Positions 35,631 through 48,800 of a stretch of 64,000 nucleotides of DNA are shown here, one piece after another. Numbering within the stretch: the stretch's first letter is position 1; the number at the start of each line of letters is the position of its first letter. Origin of the DNA: Octopus sinensis (taxonomy: Eukaryota); contig NC_043010.1 of assembly GCF_006345805.1 (NCBI RefSeq), positions 8,494,001-8,558,000 of the forward strand, given 5' to 3'. The translations under genes were made by a program, and so were the position numbers. Under the pieces are notes generated by a model. It was not told where the DNA came from and did no database searches. It saw nothing but the letters and a program-made list of their open reading frames with translations.

Positions 35631-37721
35631 TGACTGCAGTGCTTAATTGGTAAGATCTTTTATTGACTCCAGGAGGACTTTCATTATCATTCCATTCCTA
35701 CTCAGGGTTGGTTATAAGAATATTAAATCAATTCCAGTATTCTACATACATTTGCTTAGCACTTATTTTCTCCATTTTCTTTCCAAGATATTATTTCTTT
35801 CTTTCTTTTTTTCACACATTTCATCCTTAACATACTCTTTCCTTCATTCTTTACTTTTACTACCTTTATTTCCACACCTGCACCTCAAGGAGGGACAGGT
35901 GTGGTTGTGTGGTAAGAAGCTTGCTTCCCAAATACATGGTTTGGGGTTCAATCTCACTGCATAACACCTTGGGCAAGTGTCTTTTACTATAGCCTTTACT
36001 ATAGCAGTAGAAAAAGCAGCCTGCCTGTGGGTCAGAGGCTGGAACATATATGTGAGTGGTTTTTATGCTAATCTGTTAATTGACTTTCTGTGGTGGGTAC
36101 AGCCTTAGATGGGCAGGCCCAGCTCCTTGAAGAAAGACTTTGTCGAATATGCTGGAAACTCATTTCTTAACAGCAAAGAAAGTTAGAAAACTTTAGAGTT
36201 GACTAGTAAAATTTTAAGGTTAATTCAAACCCTTATGCTAATGAGAGAAATCATTATATTTACTTTTTCTATTATACCCATCTTTCTCTTTCTATAGACA
36301 ATTCTTCACTCCCACACCTTTACACTTCCTCTCTTTCGCCATTCTAACCACTCTTTTTCTCTCTCTTCTTTCCTCACACCTCTACTCCAATGTTTCTCCT
36401 AACCTCTTCAGCTCTTACTATTTTCTATTTTTATCCTTTTCCCTCTCATAAACTCTCTCTCTCTCTTTCTCATAAACTCTCCCTCTCTCTCTCTTTCTCA
36501 CAAACTCTCTCTCTCTCTTTCTCATAAACTCTCTCTCTCTCACAAACTCTCTCTCTCTTTCTCATAAACTCTCTCTTTCTCTTTCTCATAAACTCTCTCT
36601 CTCTCTCTCAAACTCATTTCCCCCCACCTCCTCTAATTCCCCACTCTTTCTCCTCTCCCTCCATCTACATTTTATTTTTATCTTTCTCTCTCATTCCTCC
36701 TGCCTTCCCCCCCCCCACTCCTCTCATCTCTCATACAATTTCCGTTGCTTTAAATTTTTACAACTGCAGTATTTACAAAACACAAGCATCTTTTATTCTA
36801 ATTATTTCATGCACGACCACAGTATTTGTGGAATGAAATGATTACTTCTGAAAGCTAGACAATGAATATTCATATAAAGGCCATAGTTAGCGTGGAGGCT
36901 CCACACCATCACTGATGACAAAAATATTAACATAGAAAAACAAAATAAATTTCAAAAATACCATATATATTTTTTTTTTTAATTTTGTTACATTTCGGCT
37001 CTTTCTCCTATATTCTTAAAGAGCATACTCCAAAATTTGCATTAAAATGGCATATTTTATTCCTGCGCCATCCTTACACTGAACCTAGAGAGAAAACAAA
37101 TCTCTTAAAGCATTGTTAATTTTATACAATTGCCTGAATTTGCTTCACAGTCGTGGAGAGTTTGAGGTATTTTTTTTTAAAGTTTGCTGGTTGTTTTTCC
37201 GATTTTCTAAAAATGTTGAATTTATAAACCGAATCTTTGCTACAAAACTACAGTTCTATTATTGTGAAAACGGTTAGTCTTTGTCAGGGTCCTGGTGTGA
37301 AAACTAAAGTTTTCTGTTTTCTTTTATTTCTCCAATGACCTACTTTACATTAAATAATGGCAAGTAGAAAAAAACCGTTTCCAATAGTGCCAAAAATGTT
37401 TCTTTCCATTTGTTGTTTTTTCTTTTTCACACGTCATCATTTGACCCTAAGTTCTAATCCTGCTGAAGTCAACTCTGCAGTTTCATCATTCTGGGGTTCC
37501 TAAAATATAGTACCGTTCAAGTACTGAGATGTATATGAGGTATTCAACTACATTCAACACTTTAAGGTTGGGTGGTTAAGAAGGTCACTTTGCAACCATG
37601 TGCCTTCAGGTTCAATCCCACTATGTAGCACTTGGGCAAATGTCTTTTACTACAACACTGAACTGACAAATGCCTTGTGTGTGTGTGTGTGTGCATGTAC
37701 GTGTATGCGTGTAAATATAGA

Positions 37722-38080
37722 GGAGACCCCTTCGGTCATGAATGACCATGGGATTGCACCTAGAGAGTTACTCTCCAAGGCACAAGTCCGGGCAAGGTTG
37801 TTTGTGGAAGGCCAGCATGTATATGTGTGTGTGTATGTGTGCATGTATGTGTGTGTGTGTAAATATACCAGCCTCTCCTCTCCACACCACTGATGTTATC
37901 CAAGGGAAAGGCAAAGGGGCCGATACAACTTGGCACCAGTCTTGTTGCAACTCATTTCTACAGCTGAGTGAACTGGAGCAACAGGAAATAAAGTGTCTTG
38001 CTCAAGAACCCAACATGCAGCCCGGTCCGGGAATCGAACTCACAACCTCACGATCGTAAGCTCGACGCTCTAACCACTGA
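37722..38080 (-). mobile_element. CORE-like SINE (family C) with an internal (TG)n expansion
   Basis: Reverse complement colinear with 53195-53500. Confidence 0.85.
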
Positions 38081-38404
38081 TATGCATGAATATATATATA
38101 TATAAATACACACACACACATATATTGACTAAACTATTGGATGTTGTTATAGATCACTGGTCACAATGTGCTTTACATTGTTTTAGCATGTGGATGATGC
38201 CACCCCACCAGGTACGTGTGTAGGCCAACATTCGCTTTGATCAGGCCAACACTGGATTACCCTTTTACAGCTTAGTGGACAGTAGCAACATGAAATAAAG
38301 TGTCTTGCTCAAGAACACAATGCACCACCTGGTGCAGGATTCAAACCCATGTTCTAACAATCACGAGTGCAATACCCTAACTACTAGGCTACACACCTTC
38401 ACAC

Positions 38405-40447
38405 TTATGCACACACACAGAGACAAATACACATACACACACACATATGCATGCACACATACACACACACATTGCATTCACAAATACACACACACATATA
38501 CATGCACACATACACACCACACATATGCATTCACAATACACACAACATATACATGCACACATACACACACACATATGCATGCACACATACACACACATAT
38601 AAATGCCACATACACACACACATATACATGCACACATACACACAACATATACATGCACACATACACACACATATGCATTCACACATACACACACATATAC
38701 ATGCACACATCACACACAACATATGCATTCACACATACACACACACATATACATGCACACATACACAACACATATGCATGCACACATACACACACATATG
38801 CATGCACACATACACACAACATATGCATGCCACACATACACACACACATATACATGCACACATACACACACACATATGCATGCACACATACACACACACA
38901 TATACATGCACAATACACACACACATATGCATGCACACATACACACCACATATGCATGCACACATACCCACACACATATGCATCACACATACACACACAC
39001 ATATACATGCACACATACACACCACATATGCATGCACACATAACACACATATGCATGCACACATACACACACAATATACATGCACACATACACACACACA
39101 TATGCATGCACACATACACACACATATGCATGCACACATACACACATATGCATGCACACATATGCACACACATATGCATGCACACATACACAAACAATAT
39201 GCATGCACACATACACACACATATATTACATGCACACATACACACACATATGCATGCACACATACACACATATAAATGCACACTACACACACACATATGC
39301 ATGCACACATACACACACATATGCATGCACACATACACCACACATATGCATGCACAACATTACACACACATATTCATGCACACATACACACACATATGCA
39401 TGCACACATACACACACACATATACATGCACACATACACACACACATATGCATGCACACATACACACACATATGCATGCACACATACGCACACACATATG
39501 CATGCACACATACACACACACATATGCATGCACACATACACACACATATATACATGCACACATACACACACATATGCATGCACACATACACACACACATA
39601 TGCATGCACACATACACACACATATATACATGCACATATACACACACATATGCATGCACACATACACACACACATATGCATGCACACATACACACACATA
39701 TATACATGCACACATACACACACATATGCATGCACACATACACACACACATATGCATGCACACATACACACACATATGCATGCACACATACGCACACACA
39801 TATGCATGCACACATACACACACACATATGCATGCACACATACACACACATATATACATGCACACATACACACACACATATGCATGCACACATACACACA
39901 CATATGCATGCACACATACACACACACATATGCATGCACACATACACACACACATATACATGCACACATACACACACACATATGCATGCACACATACACA
40001 CACACATATGCATGCACACATACACACACACATATGCATGCACACATACACACACACATATGCATGCACACATACACACACATATGCATGCACACATACA
40101 CACACATATATACATGCACACATACACACACACATATGCATGCACACATACACACACACATATACATGCACACATACACACACACATATGCATGCACACA
40201 TACACACACATATGCATGCACACATACACACCATATGCATGCACACATACACACACACATATGCATGCACACATACACACACACATATGCATGCACACAT
40301 ACACACACACATATGCATGCACAACATACACACACATATAACATGCACACACACACACACACATATGCATGCACACATACACACACACATATACATGCAC
40401 ACATACACACACACATATGCATGCACACATACACACACATATGCATG
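38405..40447. repeat. ~2-kb minisatellite, unit about CACATAT(G/A)CATGCACACATA(CA)2-4 (22-26 bp)
   Basis: Direct inspection; almost strict purine-pyrimidine alternation. Confidence 0.97.
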
Positions 40448-40675
40448 TCTTTATACTTGTGTTTGTCTCACACTCACCACTTGACAACCAGTCTTGGTTT
40501 GTTTACATCCTTGTAAATTCAGGGATCAACAAAGGAGCCTAACAGAATGAGTGCCAGACGTTAAAAAAAAAGTACTGGGATTCACCTCTTCAACTTTCTT
40601 TTAATGAATAAATTAAGAAAAATTACTCCAAGAAGCTGTATGCACAGAAAATAATAGTTAAATTGGTTTTAACAT

Positions 40676-41469
40676 ATTTAACCCTTTCATTACCGTATTT
40701 ATTTGGAGATGTTCTGTGTTTCCTTCAATTAATTTTAGATATAACAAAGAATTTAGTAAAATAACTTCGTTATCATTAAGCTAGTGTTAGGAACATAAAT
40801 TGTGACTAAGGTTTGTCTGGAAGATTTTAATTCAAAATCTATAATTACAAGACATTTGTACTACAGAGCCAGAGCCGGTTTCAGCCGGGTTGGTAACGAA
40901 AGGGTTAATATTCATATAAAGCACCATAGATGGGAACAAAATTATGGTGAAATATTGATTTCAAATTTTGGCACAAGGCCAGCAATAATGGGTGAGGTGG
41001 GTAAATTGGTTACATTGACCCTAGTGTTCAACTGGTACTTATTCCATCAACCCCGGAAGGATGAAAAGCAATGTCAACTTTGGTGGAATTTGAACTCAAA
41101 ATGTGGAAACAGATGAAATGCTGCTAAGCATTTTGCTTGCTCTGCTAATGACTATGTCAGCTTGCACCTTATAATGGTAAAATACTAAAACTAACTTTGT
41201 TTCTCATCATTTTGGAGTTAAAATTGAATATTTCAAACTGAGTTCCACATCGTTGTACTACAGAGCCAGAGCCGATTTCAGCTGGGTTGGTAACAAAAGG
41301 GTTAATGTTAGGAGCATTGAAAAAAAGCAATCAGAAATAATTATGTGGTGAGACAACAACAATATCAATCAATGACTACTATAATTTCATTTATTGTTGG
41401 AAGTATGGGAGACAATGATATACCCGAATCAGCTTTACTAGACATCCTCAGCAAAGCATAGGCTACACT
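40676..41469. repeat. Right arm of the inverted duplication (intact piggyBac-type MITE at 40678-40908)
   Basis: TTAA-CCCTTTCATTAC...GTAACGAAAGGG-TTAA; reverse complement of 34874-35630. Confidence 0.92.
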
Positions 41470-43779
41470 TCAGCTGCTGGAGTTATCTTTCATGCTTGAC
41501 AGAACAATTAAGATATTAGTCATTGATTTAATATTGTCTTTGCCTCATAGAATGGTTGTTTCTAATTAGCTTTGTAATGTTCACTACATTAAGTATGTTG
41601 ACACTAAATTAACTATTGATACTTTCAATATCTATGTGTTTTATGAGACAGTGCAAACGTTTTTGTACATCAATACCTTTCGAAGCTCCTGTCAGATCGT
41701 TATAAGTCACATTAGCAAGCTACAGACTAGCTAAGAAGCCAGAAGCATATATATAGTAAGTGCCATGCCCAATGAATCAATAACAAATTAAACTGCTTAG
41801 TTACTATGTTGATTACCTTCGCAGCTAAAGTAGCTAGTATAATAAATTTGCATTATATGAATATTGATTAATATGAATCATGCACTTAAGAACAAAAAAA
41901 TCTAATCTCTACATCATATGACAACTCTTACCCTCTCTTCCCATTTATGGATACCTCTGATAAATAAATAATCTTGCTTTTGATATAATCTTAACGAAAT
42001 CAGTAGTTTATCTCACCCAATGTTTGGTAGACTTGGGTGAAGCAAATATTGATCTATTTTGGTTAAAACAAGGCAAATATTTTTAGAAGCTCATTATATA
42101 ATTGGTAGTTATTTTAAGAAACTTAAGGATGGAGATCAAGAGCAGTCATCATGTTTAACACAATCACTTGGGCTATTAGTATCTTTGACTGAGATCACTA
42201 CACTGTTAGAAGCATTCAAGCCCAGATCCCTAGCCTAAGGATAATTTATTCCCTTATCCCCAGTCATGGAGCTCTTGGAAACCAGGGGGTCACGAACACT
42301 GCTCTTTCTTCATGACTAAGCCATTAAGAAGCAGAAATGGAATTTGTTACCAGCAAGATTTGAACTCAAAACTGACAACAGCAAAACAAAATATTCTGAA
42401 AAATAAAAAATAAAAAGAGAGTAATTTTGTTTGGTGCTCTGTTGTTTTCACTATGTCCATCATACTGTGATAAATAAAATATTAATTAATTGCTTAATTT
42501 ATATGCATATTCATTTATTCTTCCTAGTTCAATAGATATTCTTTTATATTTTTGTTAATCTTTATTGTTTTAATCTCTGTGTAGTACAGCAAATTGTGGG
42601 TGGGTTTGCTTTTATTTTTTTTTTCCTCTCCATTTTTTTTTGTAAGCTTACTAATTAAAACATCATTCATTTTATGATCAATATTTTAATAACATAAAAA
42701 ACAACACAACAACAACAACAATAAAATATTACATTAAGTACAATATAAACACAAACAAGAACAAAATGCTGACTCATTTGGTAATGTTGTTGCTGTTGTT
42801 GTTGTCAGTGCTACTCAACAGAAACATTAACAATGACCTCTTTATTTGCCACAAGGACATAACAAATGGAAAACAAATACGAACGCAAAGGCTGAGATGA
42901 TTATAAATACATGTAAATATATAAAACAACAAACTAAGGTTGTGTATATATGTGTGAGTGAGTGTGAGTGAGCGTGTACATAAAAAGATACATACATGCA
43001 TATATAAACACACACATGCACATATTTATATATACATATATATTTGTATACACACACACACACAAACACACACACAAACACACACACAAACACATACACA
43101 TACATACATATTCATGTGCATGTGTGTGTGTTGCTTGTGTGTCCCAAGATAGCATGCTTTATGATATGTCTTTCAGCCTGGGGCTCTTTGTGTTCAAATC
43201 CCACCAAGACCATCTCTGGGTTTCAGTTTTTTTAATTTCAATGAATAAAAAGTTAGGGTTTGATTCTTCATTCTCCTCTCCCTTCTCTCTCCCCATCTCC
43301 ACCTCTCTCTCATCTCTCTCTCTCTGTTTCTTACCACCCCTCTCTATCGGCAACACAGCATTGTGCAAAGGGTTGTGTTAAACAAGGCACAGACTCCTTT
43401 TCTCCACAGCTTGAGAGAAAAGGAATGAAGGACTAGTAACCTCTTTCCATAGAAAAACTTATATATGCTACAAGAGCTATCCAAAGATGGATCAGGGCTT
43501 CTTGTAGATGGTACTTAAGCATGGACTAACGCACTTAATGTAATGTGCTTTAAAAAAAAGTTTAATCAATGGAAATAACTCGTAATGAAGAGAAAAATCA
43601 TTATCCTTAATCAAAATTCTTGTCGTGAAATTAAGAGAGACGAGTGAAAAATGTAAACTAATTAGAAAATTGAATGAAGGCATGAAGTTGGCAGTTAGTC
43701 TAATTCTTGATCTTTGGTGAGAATGATGATCACTTCGGATATGTTTCAGTCTTACTAGACCTCTTTTAAATCATATTAT

Positions 43780-43815
<36 letters not shown>

Positions 43816-43856
43816 GTGTGTGTGTGTGTTGTGTGTATGTGTGTGTGTGTGCATAT

Positions 43857-44076
43857 ACTCTTTTACTCAATTACTTGTTTCAGTCATTTGACTGCGGCCA
43901 TGCTGGAGCACCGCCTTTAATCGAGCAACTCGACCCCGGGACTTATTCTTTTGTGAGCCCAGTACTTATTCTATCGGTCTCTTTTGCCAAACCGCTAAGT
44001 AACGGGGACATAAACACACCAGCATCGGTTGTCAAGTGATGCTAGGGAGACAAACACAGACACACAAACACACACA

Positions 44077-44114
<38 letters not shown>

Positions 44115-44279
44115 TACGACGGGCTTCTTTCAGTTTCCATCTACCAAATCCACTCACAAGGCTTTGGTCGACCCGAGGCTATAGTAGAAGACACTTGCCC
44201 AAGGTGCCACACAGTGGGACTGGACCCGGAACCATGTGGTTAGTAAACAAGCTACTTACCACACAGCCACTCCTGCGCC
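43857..44279 (-). mobile_element. SINE family A
   Basis: Matches family consensus. Confidence 0.92.
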
Positions 44280-44289
44280 ATATGTATAT

Positions 44290-44520
44290 ACATCATCATC
44301 ATCATCGTCATGATCATCATTTAATGTTTGCTTTCCATGTTGGCATGCTTTAGACGGTTTGCTTGAAACCTGGTAAGCTGGAGAGCTGCACTAGGTTCCA
44401 GTCTGTTTTGTCATGGTTTTCTACAGCTGGATGCCCTTCCTACTGCCAACCACTCCAAGAGTGTAATGGATGCCTTTTTTACATGCCACCAGCACTGGTG
44501 CCATTTCTATGACACCAGCA
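44290..44520 (-). mobile_element. RTE-tailed (Ceph-type) element, degenerate
   Basis: (CAT)n...TTTCCATGTTGGCATG...CAGCTGGATGCCCTTCCTACTGCCAACCACTCC. Confidence 0.75.
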
Positions 44521-45211
44521 ACAAGATGGGTATTATTTCAGTATTCCACGGATTGAACCTGCAACAGGATAGCCAATTACAAACAAAAGGGAGCCATCAA
44601 ATGACTTCTATTCTTACCAACTGATGTTAAGACCAGAACAACCAAATCATTCCAATATAGGCACAAGGCCTGAAATTTCAAGGAAGGGGACCAGTCGATT
44701 ACGTCAACCCCAATATCTCACTGGTACTTAATTTATCAACAGTGAAAGGATGGAAGGCAAAGTTGACCTCAGCGGCATTTGAACAGGTGAAATACCGCTC
44801 AAGCATTTTGCCCAGCATGCTAACAATTCTGCCAGCTTGCCACCTTCAAGAACAATCAATTCAATTACACAAGTCAAATAAACTTTATTTTCATTTACAT
44901 ATTTTCAACATTATCTCAATAACCAGCAATAGTTATTTCAAATACACTTCTCTACAATGACCAGGTTTCATTGGAAAATGGAAATAGCTTCACATTTTCA
45001 ATTTGAACCAAAATTACAAAGTGTTGCATTACAAGAGTGACAATGTGAGAATAATGTAAAGTAATGTTTCTCCAAATTAGTCACATGTGTATTATAATAA
45101 AGTTGCTTATTATCTATCTACCCAATAAACAATGTTTTTGACTCAACAACTCTTTTTTACAACTAAAATAACCTCGGCAACTAGGTTAGGTCGCACAATT
45201 TTGAGTTCATT

Positions 45212-45632
45212 TTTGAAAATCCTGGAAGGCCTTGTACCAAACTTTGGCATTGGAAGTTACACAAACAGTAGAACAGAGCACCACTGCATAGTGTCAAAGA
45301 TCCCAGCATCTCCATCAAAATACAGTTCCAGATACTGCAACAGCTTGAGTTTCAAGGGCCCACAGCTTTTCAATATCTTTCCAAAATGCCTGAGAGACCT
45401 ACATGGTGTTGATGTGAATATCTTCATAACAAAACTGGATCTCCTCCTGTCAAGGGTTCCAGATGAGCCTACCTCATGGCAGGAAACACAGATGAAGACA
45501 GTGACATCACAGTCCCTCATTCACCAAATGCCACATATCAGAGGAGGTTTCTAATAGTGGTGTAGTACAGCCAACGGTGGAGCCCCAGCATGACCACAGT
45601 TTTAAAGTTGAAATATTTTAAAGATATTAAAG
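45212..45632 (+). pseudogene. CR1/L2-group LINE C-terminus and 3' UTR
   Basis: KILEGLVPNFGI...KGPQLFNIFPKCLRDL...FITKLDLLLSRVPDEP (the KIL.G / FN.LP / FK.KLD pattern of CR1-L2-group ORF2 ends). Confidence 0.85.
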
Positions 45633-45689
45633 ATGTGTGTGTATGTATGTGTGCATATATATATATGTATATATGTATATATATATATA

Positions 45690-45866
45690 TAAAGTTAATC
45701 CAAACAAGAAAGCACAAAAAAACACAACAACGCGAGGACGTGGAACAAATATAGCATTATTGGACGCTCAGGAAAGAAGGAAAGAAGGAGGGTTTAACGT
45801 TTCGAGTGGAGCTCTTCGTCGGAAACATAGGAGAAGGAAAGATCCAGAGAAGGGAAGACAGAGGTA
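45690..45866 (-). mobile_element. Short PLE-like terminal element P2 between (TA)n tracts
   Basis: Carries a hammerhead-like fold; both flanks are (TA)n. Confidence 0.6.
45792..45826 (-). ncRNA. Minimal type-I hammerhead fold, U4C variant
   Basis: GUUU-CCGACGA-A-GAG(cucca)CUC-GAAA-CGUU-AAAC. Confidence 0.55.
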
Positions 45867-45874
45867 AAAAAAAA

Positions 45875-45955
<81 letters not shown>

Positions 45956-46084
45956 GAGATAGGTAGATAGAGAGAGAGAGATATAAACACACACACACAT
46001 ATATATGTATGTATGTATGTATGTATAATACTTTTTTTACAGTACCACACATAATCATATATTTTTTCATATACATATATTGCG

Positions 46085-46400
46085 TTTGGTTGGAGTCATG
46101 GCTATGTGGTAAGAAGTTTTGTGAGTGGATTTGGTTGACAGAAACTAAAAGAAGCCTGCTGTGTATATATGTATGTATGTATCTATCTATGTGTGCATGT
46201 GTGTCTTTGTGTCTGCGTTTGTCCCCACCACCACTGTGTGACAATCAGCGCTGGTGTGTTTTACATCCTCATAACTTAGTGGTTTGGCAAAAGAGATTGA
46301 TAGAACACGTATCAGGCCTTAAAAAAATATATACTGGCATTAGTACATTTGACTAAAATTCTTCACCATGGTGGTGCCTCAGTATGACTACAGTCTAATG
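46085..46400 (+). mobile_element. Older, internally deleted SINE family A copy
   Basis: TTGTGAGTGGATTTGGTTGACAGAAACTAAAAGAAGCC...GTTTGTCCCC...CTGGTGTGTTTTAC. Confidence 0.75.
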
Positions 46401-46470
46401 ACTTAAACAAAAAAAAGGAAAGAAAAAGATAACGATATTTCAACACACACAACACATACACATATACATA

Positions 46471-46891
46471 CTCTCTTTTACTCTTTTACTCTTTTACTTG
46501 TTTCAGTCATTTGACTGCGGCCATGCTGGAGCACCGCCTTTAGTCGAGCAAATCAACCCCGGGACTTATTCTTTGTAAGCCCAGTACTTATTCTATCGGT
46601 CTCTTTTGCCAAACCGCTAAGTGACGGGGACGTAAACACACCAGCATCGGTTGTCAAGCAATGCTAGGGGGACAAACACAGACACACAAACACACACATA
46701 CACACACATATATATATATACATATATACGACAGGCTTCTTTCAGTTTCCGTCTACCTAATCCACTCACAAGGCATTGGTCGGCCCGGGGCTATAGCAGA
46801 AGACACTTGCCCAAGATGCCATGCAGTGGGACTGAACCCGGTACCATGTGGTTGGTAAGCAAGCTACTTACCACACAGCCACTCCTGCGCC
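46471..46891 (-). mobile_element. SINE family A
   Basis: Matches family consensus. Confidence 0.92.
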
Positions 46892-47337
46892 TTATGCATA
46901 TAAATATATATCTTTAAATGTATATGCATATATACATATATACCAACATGTTTATGAATATATATGCACACAAACACACGTGTATACTGGATCAACCCAA
47001 GACTATGTTAAAAGAAAAAAAAAATTCCCAAGGTGACTTTCAGTGGGACTGAAACCAGAACCATATGGTTGCATAGTGAAATTGTTAACCACACTACTAT
47101 AAACACATCTATGCCATAACTGCACCTACACCCATCACACTGCCATTGCTACATCTACTGCACAGTCACTGCCGTTACCTACCACACAGTCATGCCTACT
47201 TCTACCACAATTATTACTGCATCCATCACATCATCACTTACAACTGTGCTGTGTCTGTACCTACCACACTTTCATACGTGCACCCACCACTCTGCCATGC
47301 CTGCACCTATCACACAGTCATGCTTGGACCCATAATA

Positions 47338-47755
47338 TATATTTCTTTATTACCCACAAGGGGCTAAACATAGAGGGGACAAACAAGGACAGACATAGGT
47401 ATTAAGTCGATTACATCGACCCCAGTGCGTAACTGGTACTTAATTTATCGACCCCGAAAGGATGAAAGGCAAAGTCGACCTCGGCGGAATTTGAACTCAG
47501 AACGTAATGGCAGACGAAATAGCTATTTCTTTATTACCCACAAGGGGCTAAACACAGCGGGGACAAACAAGGACAGACATAGGTATTAAGTCGATTACAT
47601 CGACCCCAGTACGTAACTGGTACTTAATTTATCGACCTCGAAAGGATGAAAGGCAAAGTCGACCTCGGCGGAATTTGAACTCAGAACGTAACGGCAGACG
47701 AAATACCGCTAAGCATTTCGCCCTGTGTGCTAACGTTTCTGCCAGCTCACCACCA
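47338..47755 (-). mobile_element. SINE family B dimer: head + (body-tail)x2
   Basis: Junction at ~47520; TSD TTGGACCCAT(A/G)ATA at 47324-47337 and 47756-47769. Confidence 0.88.
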
Positions 47756-48589
47756 TTGGACCCATGATACAGCCATACATCTGCCTTTTTATGAGCGAAA
47801 TGTTTATCACGGTTAGTTAAAGATGCTTTGATTCCTTTAATAGCAATTAAGAATTAAGATTTACATGAATTAACAATAATTTCATGGCTTCCGAAGTTGG
47901 AAAATGTGATTTCTGAAAAGTTAAAATCTAAGAATTAGGCAGACTTCTTATGGAAATGGTAGGCTTTTCTAAGCAGCAGGAAAAGGAGTTTTAAATAAGT
48001 TTTGTGTACTCTGTCACTTCAAGTTTGAGATCTTTTAGCATACACTTATTTCTTTTTTCTTTTCTTTCTTTCTTTTTTTTTTATGACTGGAAAAAGTGGC
48101 ATAATAAATTGGAATGTTTCCAGAGATTTAGACAGAAAACAAATTGTTTCATTCATGTTCTGTGATAAAATAACTAAAGTTTTGAAACTGTTTCCCAAAA
48201 TACATAATTTGGAATAAGATTTTTATTTGGCTGGCATGGAAGAATACAATGAAATATTGAATGCATGGATTTTCATAAGACCATAAATGTTTGCCAAATT
48301 ACTTATAAGCACAAGAATTGCTGCATCTTTAAGAAGTTTGCTTGCATCCACATGGTTTGGGGTTCAGTCCTACTGCTTGGCACCTTGGTCAAGTGTCTTC
48401 TACTATAGCTCTGAATTGACCTATGCCTTGTGAGTAGATTTGGTAGACAGAAATTGTGTGGAAACCTGTTGTGTCTATATGTGTGTGTTGTGTTTGTATG
48501 TTTGTGTTTGATCTCATTCATAGCTTGAAAACTGGTATTGGACTGTTTACATCCCTGTAACTTAGCAGTTCAGCAAAAACTTGATGATG

Positions 48590-48800
48590 GCTGGTCCAAG
48601 AAGTGGCTTCCTTCTTGCTGCTCTGCAATAGTAACCAAGTTTGTGGTGATACCTGACAGCTGTTCTGGGACAGACATCAACTTTTTCTGCTATGTTAGGG
48701 GCCTTGCAATGCGGATTATCCTCCACAATTCTCTTATTAAAGAGAAGACTCCTGTCAGTGGGCCCTGGTTTATCTGGGCGAGGTGATGTGGACTCCTTCC
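48590..48800 (-). pseudogene. Tc1 transposase fragment (HTH/linker region)
   Basis: RIVEDNPHCKAPNIAEKVDVCPRTAVRYHHKLGYYCRAARRKPLLGP (ARRKPLL linker typical of Tc1). Confidence 0.8.

Noticed and set aside
36455-36610. Regularly spaced CTCATAAACT units, and the AAT-separated 17-mers at 54594, as CRISPR-like arrays
   Set aside because: The intervening sequence is microsatellite rather than unique spacers; no cas genes; eukaryotic context.
38305-40516. ORFs of up to 678 aa (H/T/Y/M/C-rich) in all six frames
   Set aside because: Strict purine-pyrimidine alternation cannot form TAA, TAG or TGA (each has two adjacent purines), so the minisatellite is open in every frame; not evidence of a gene.
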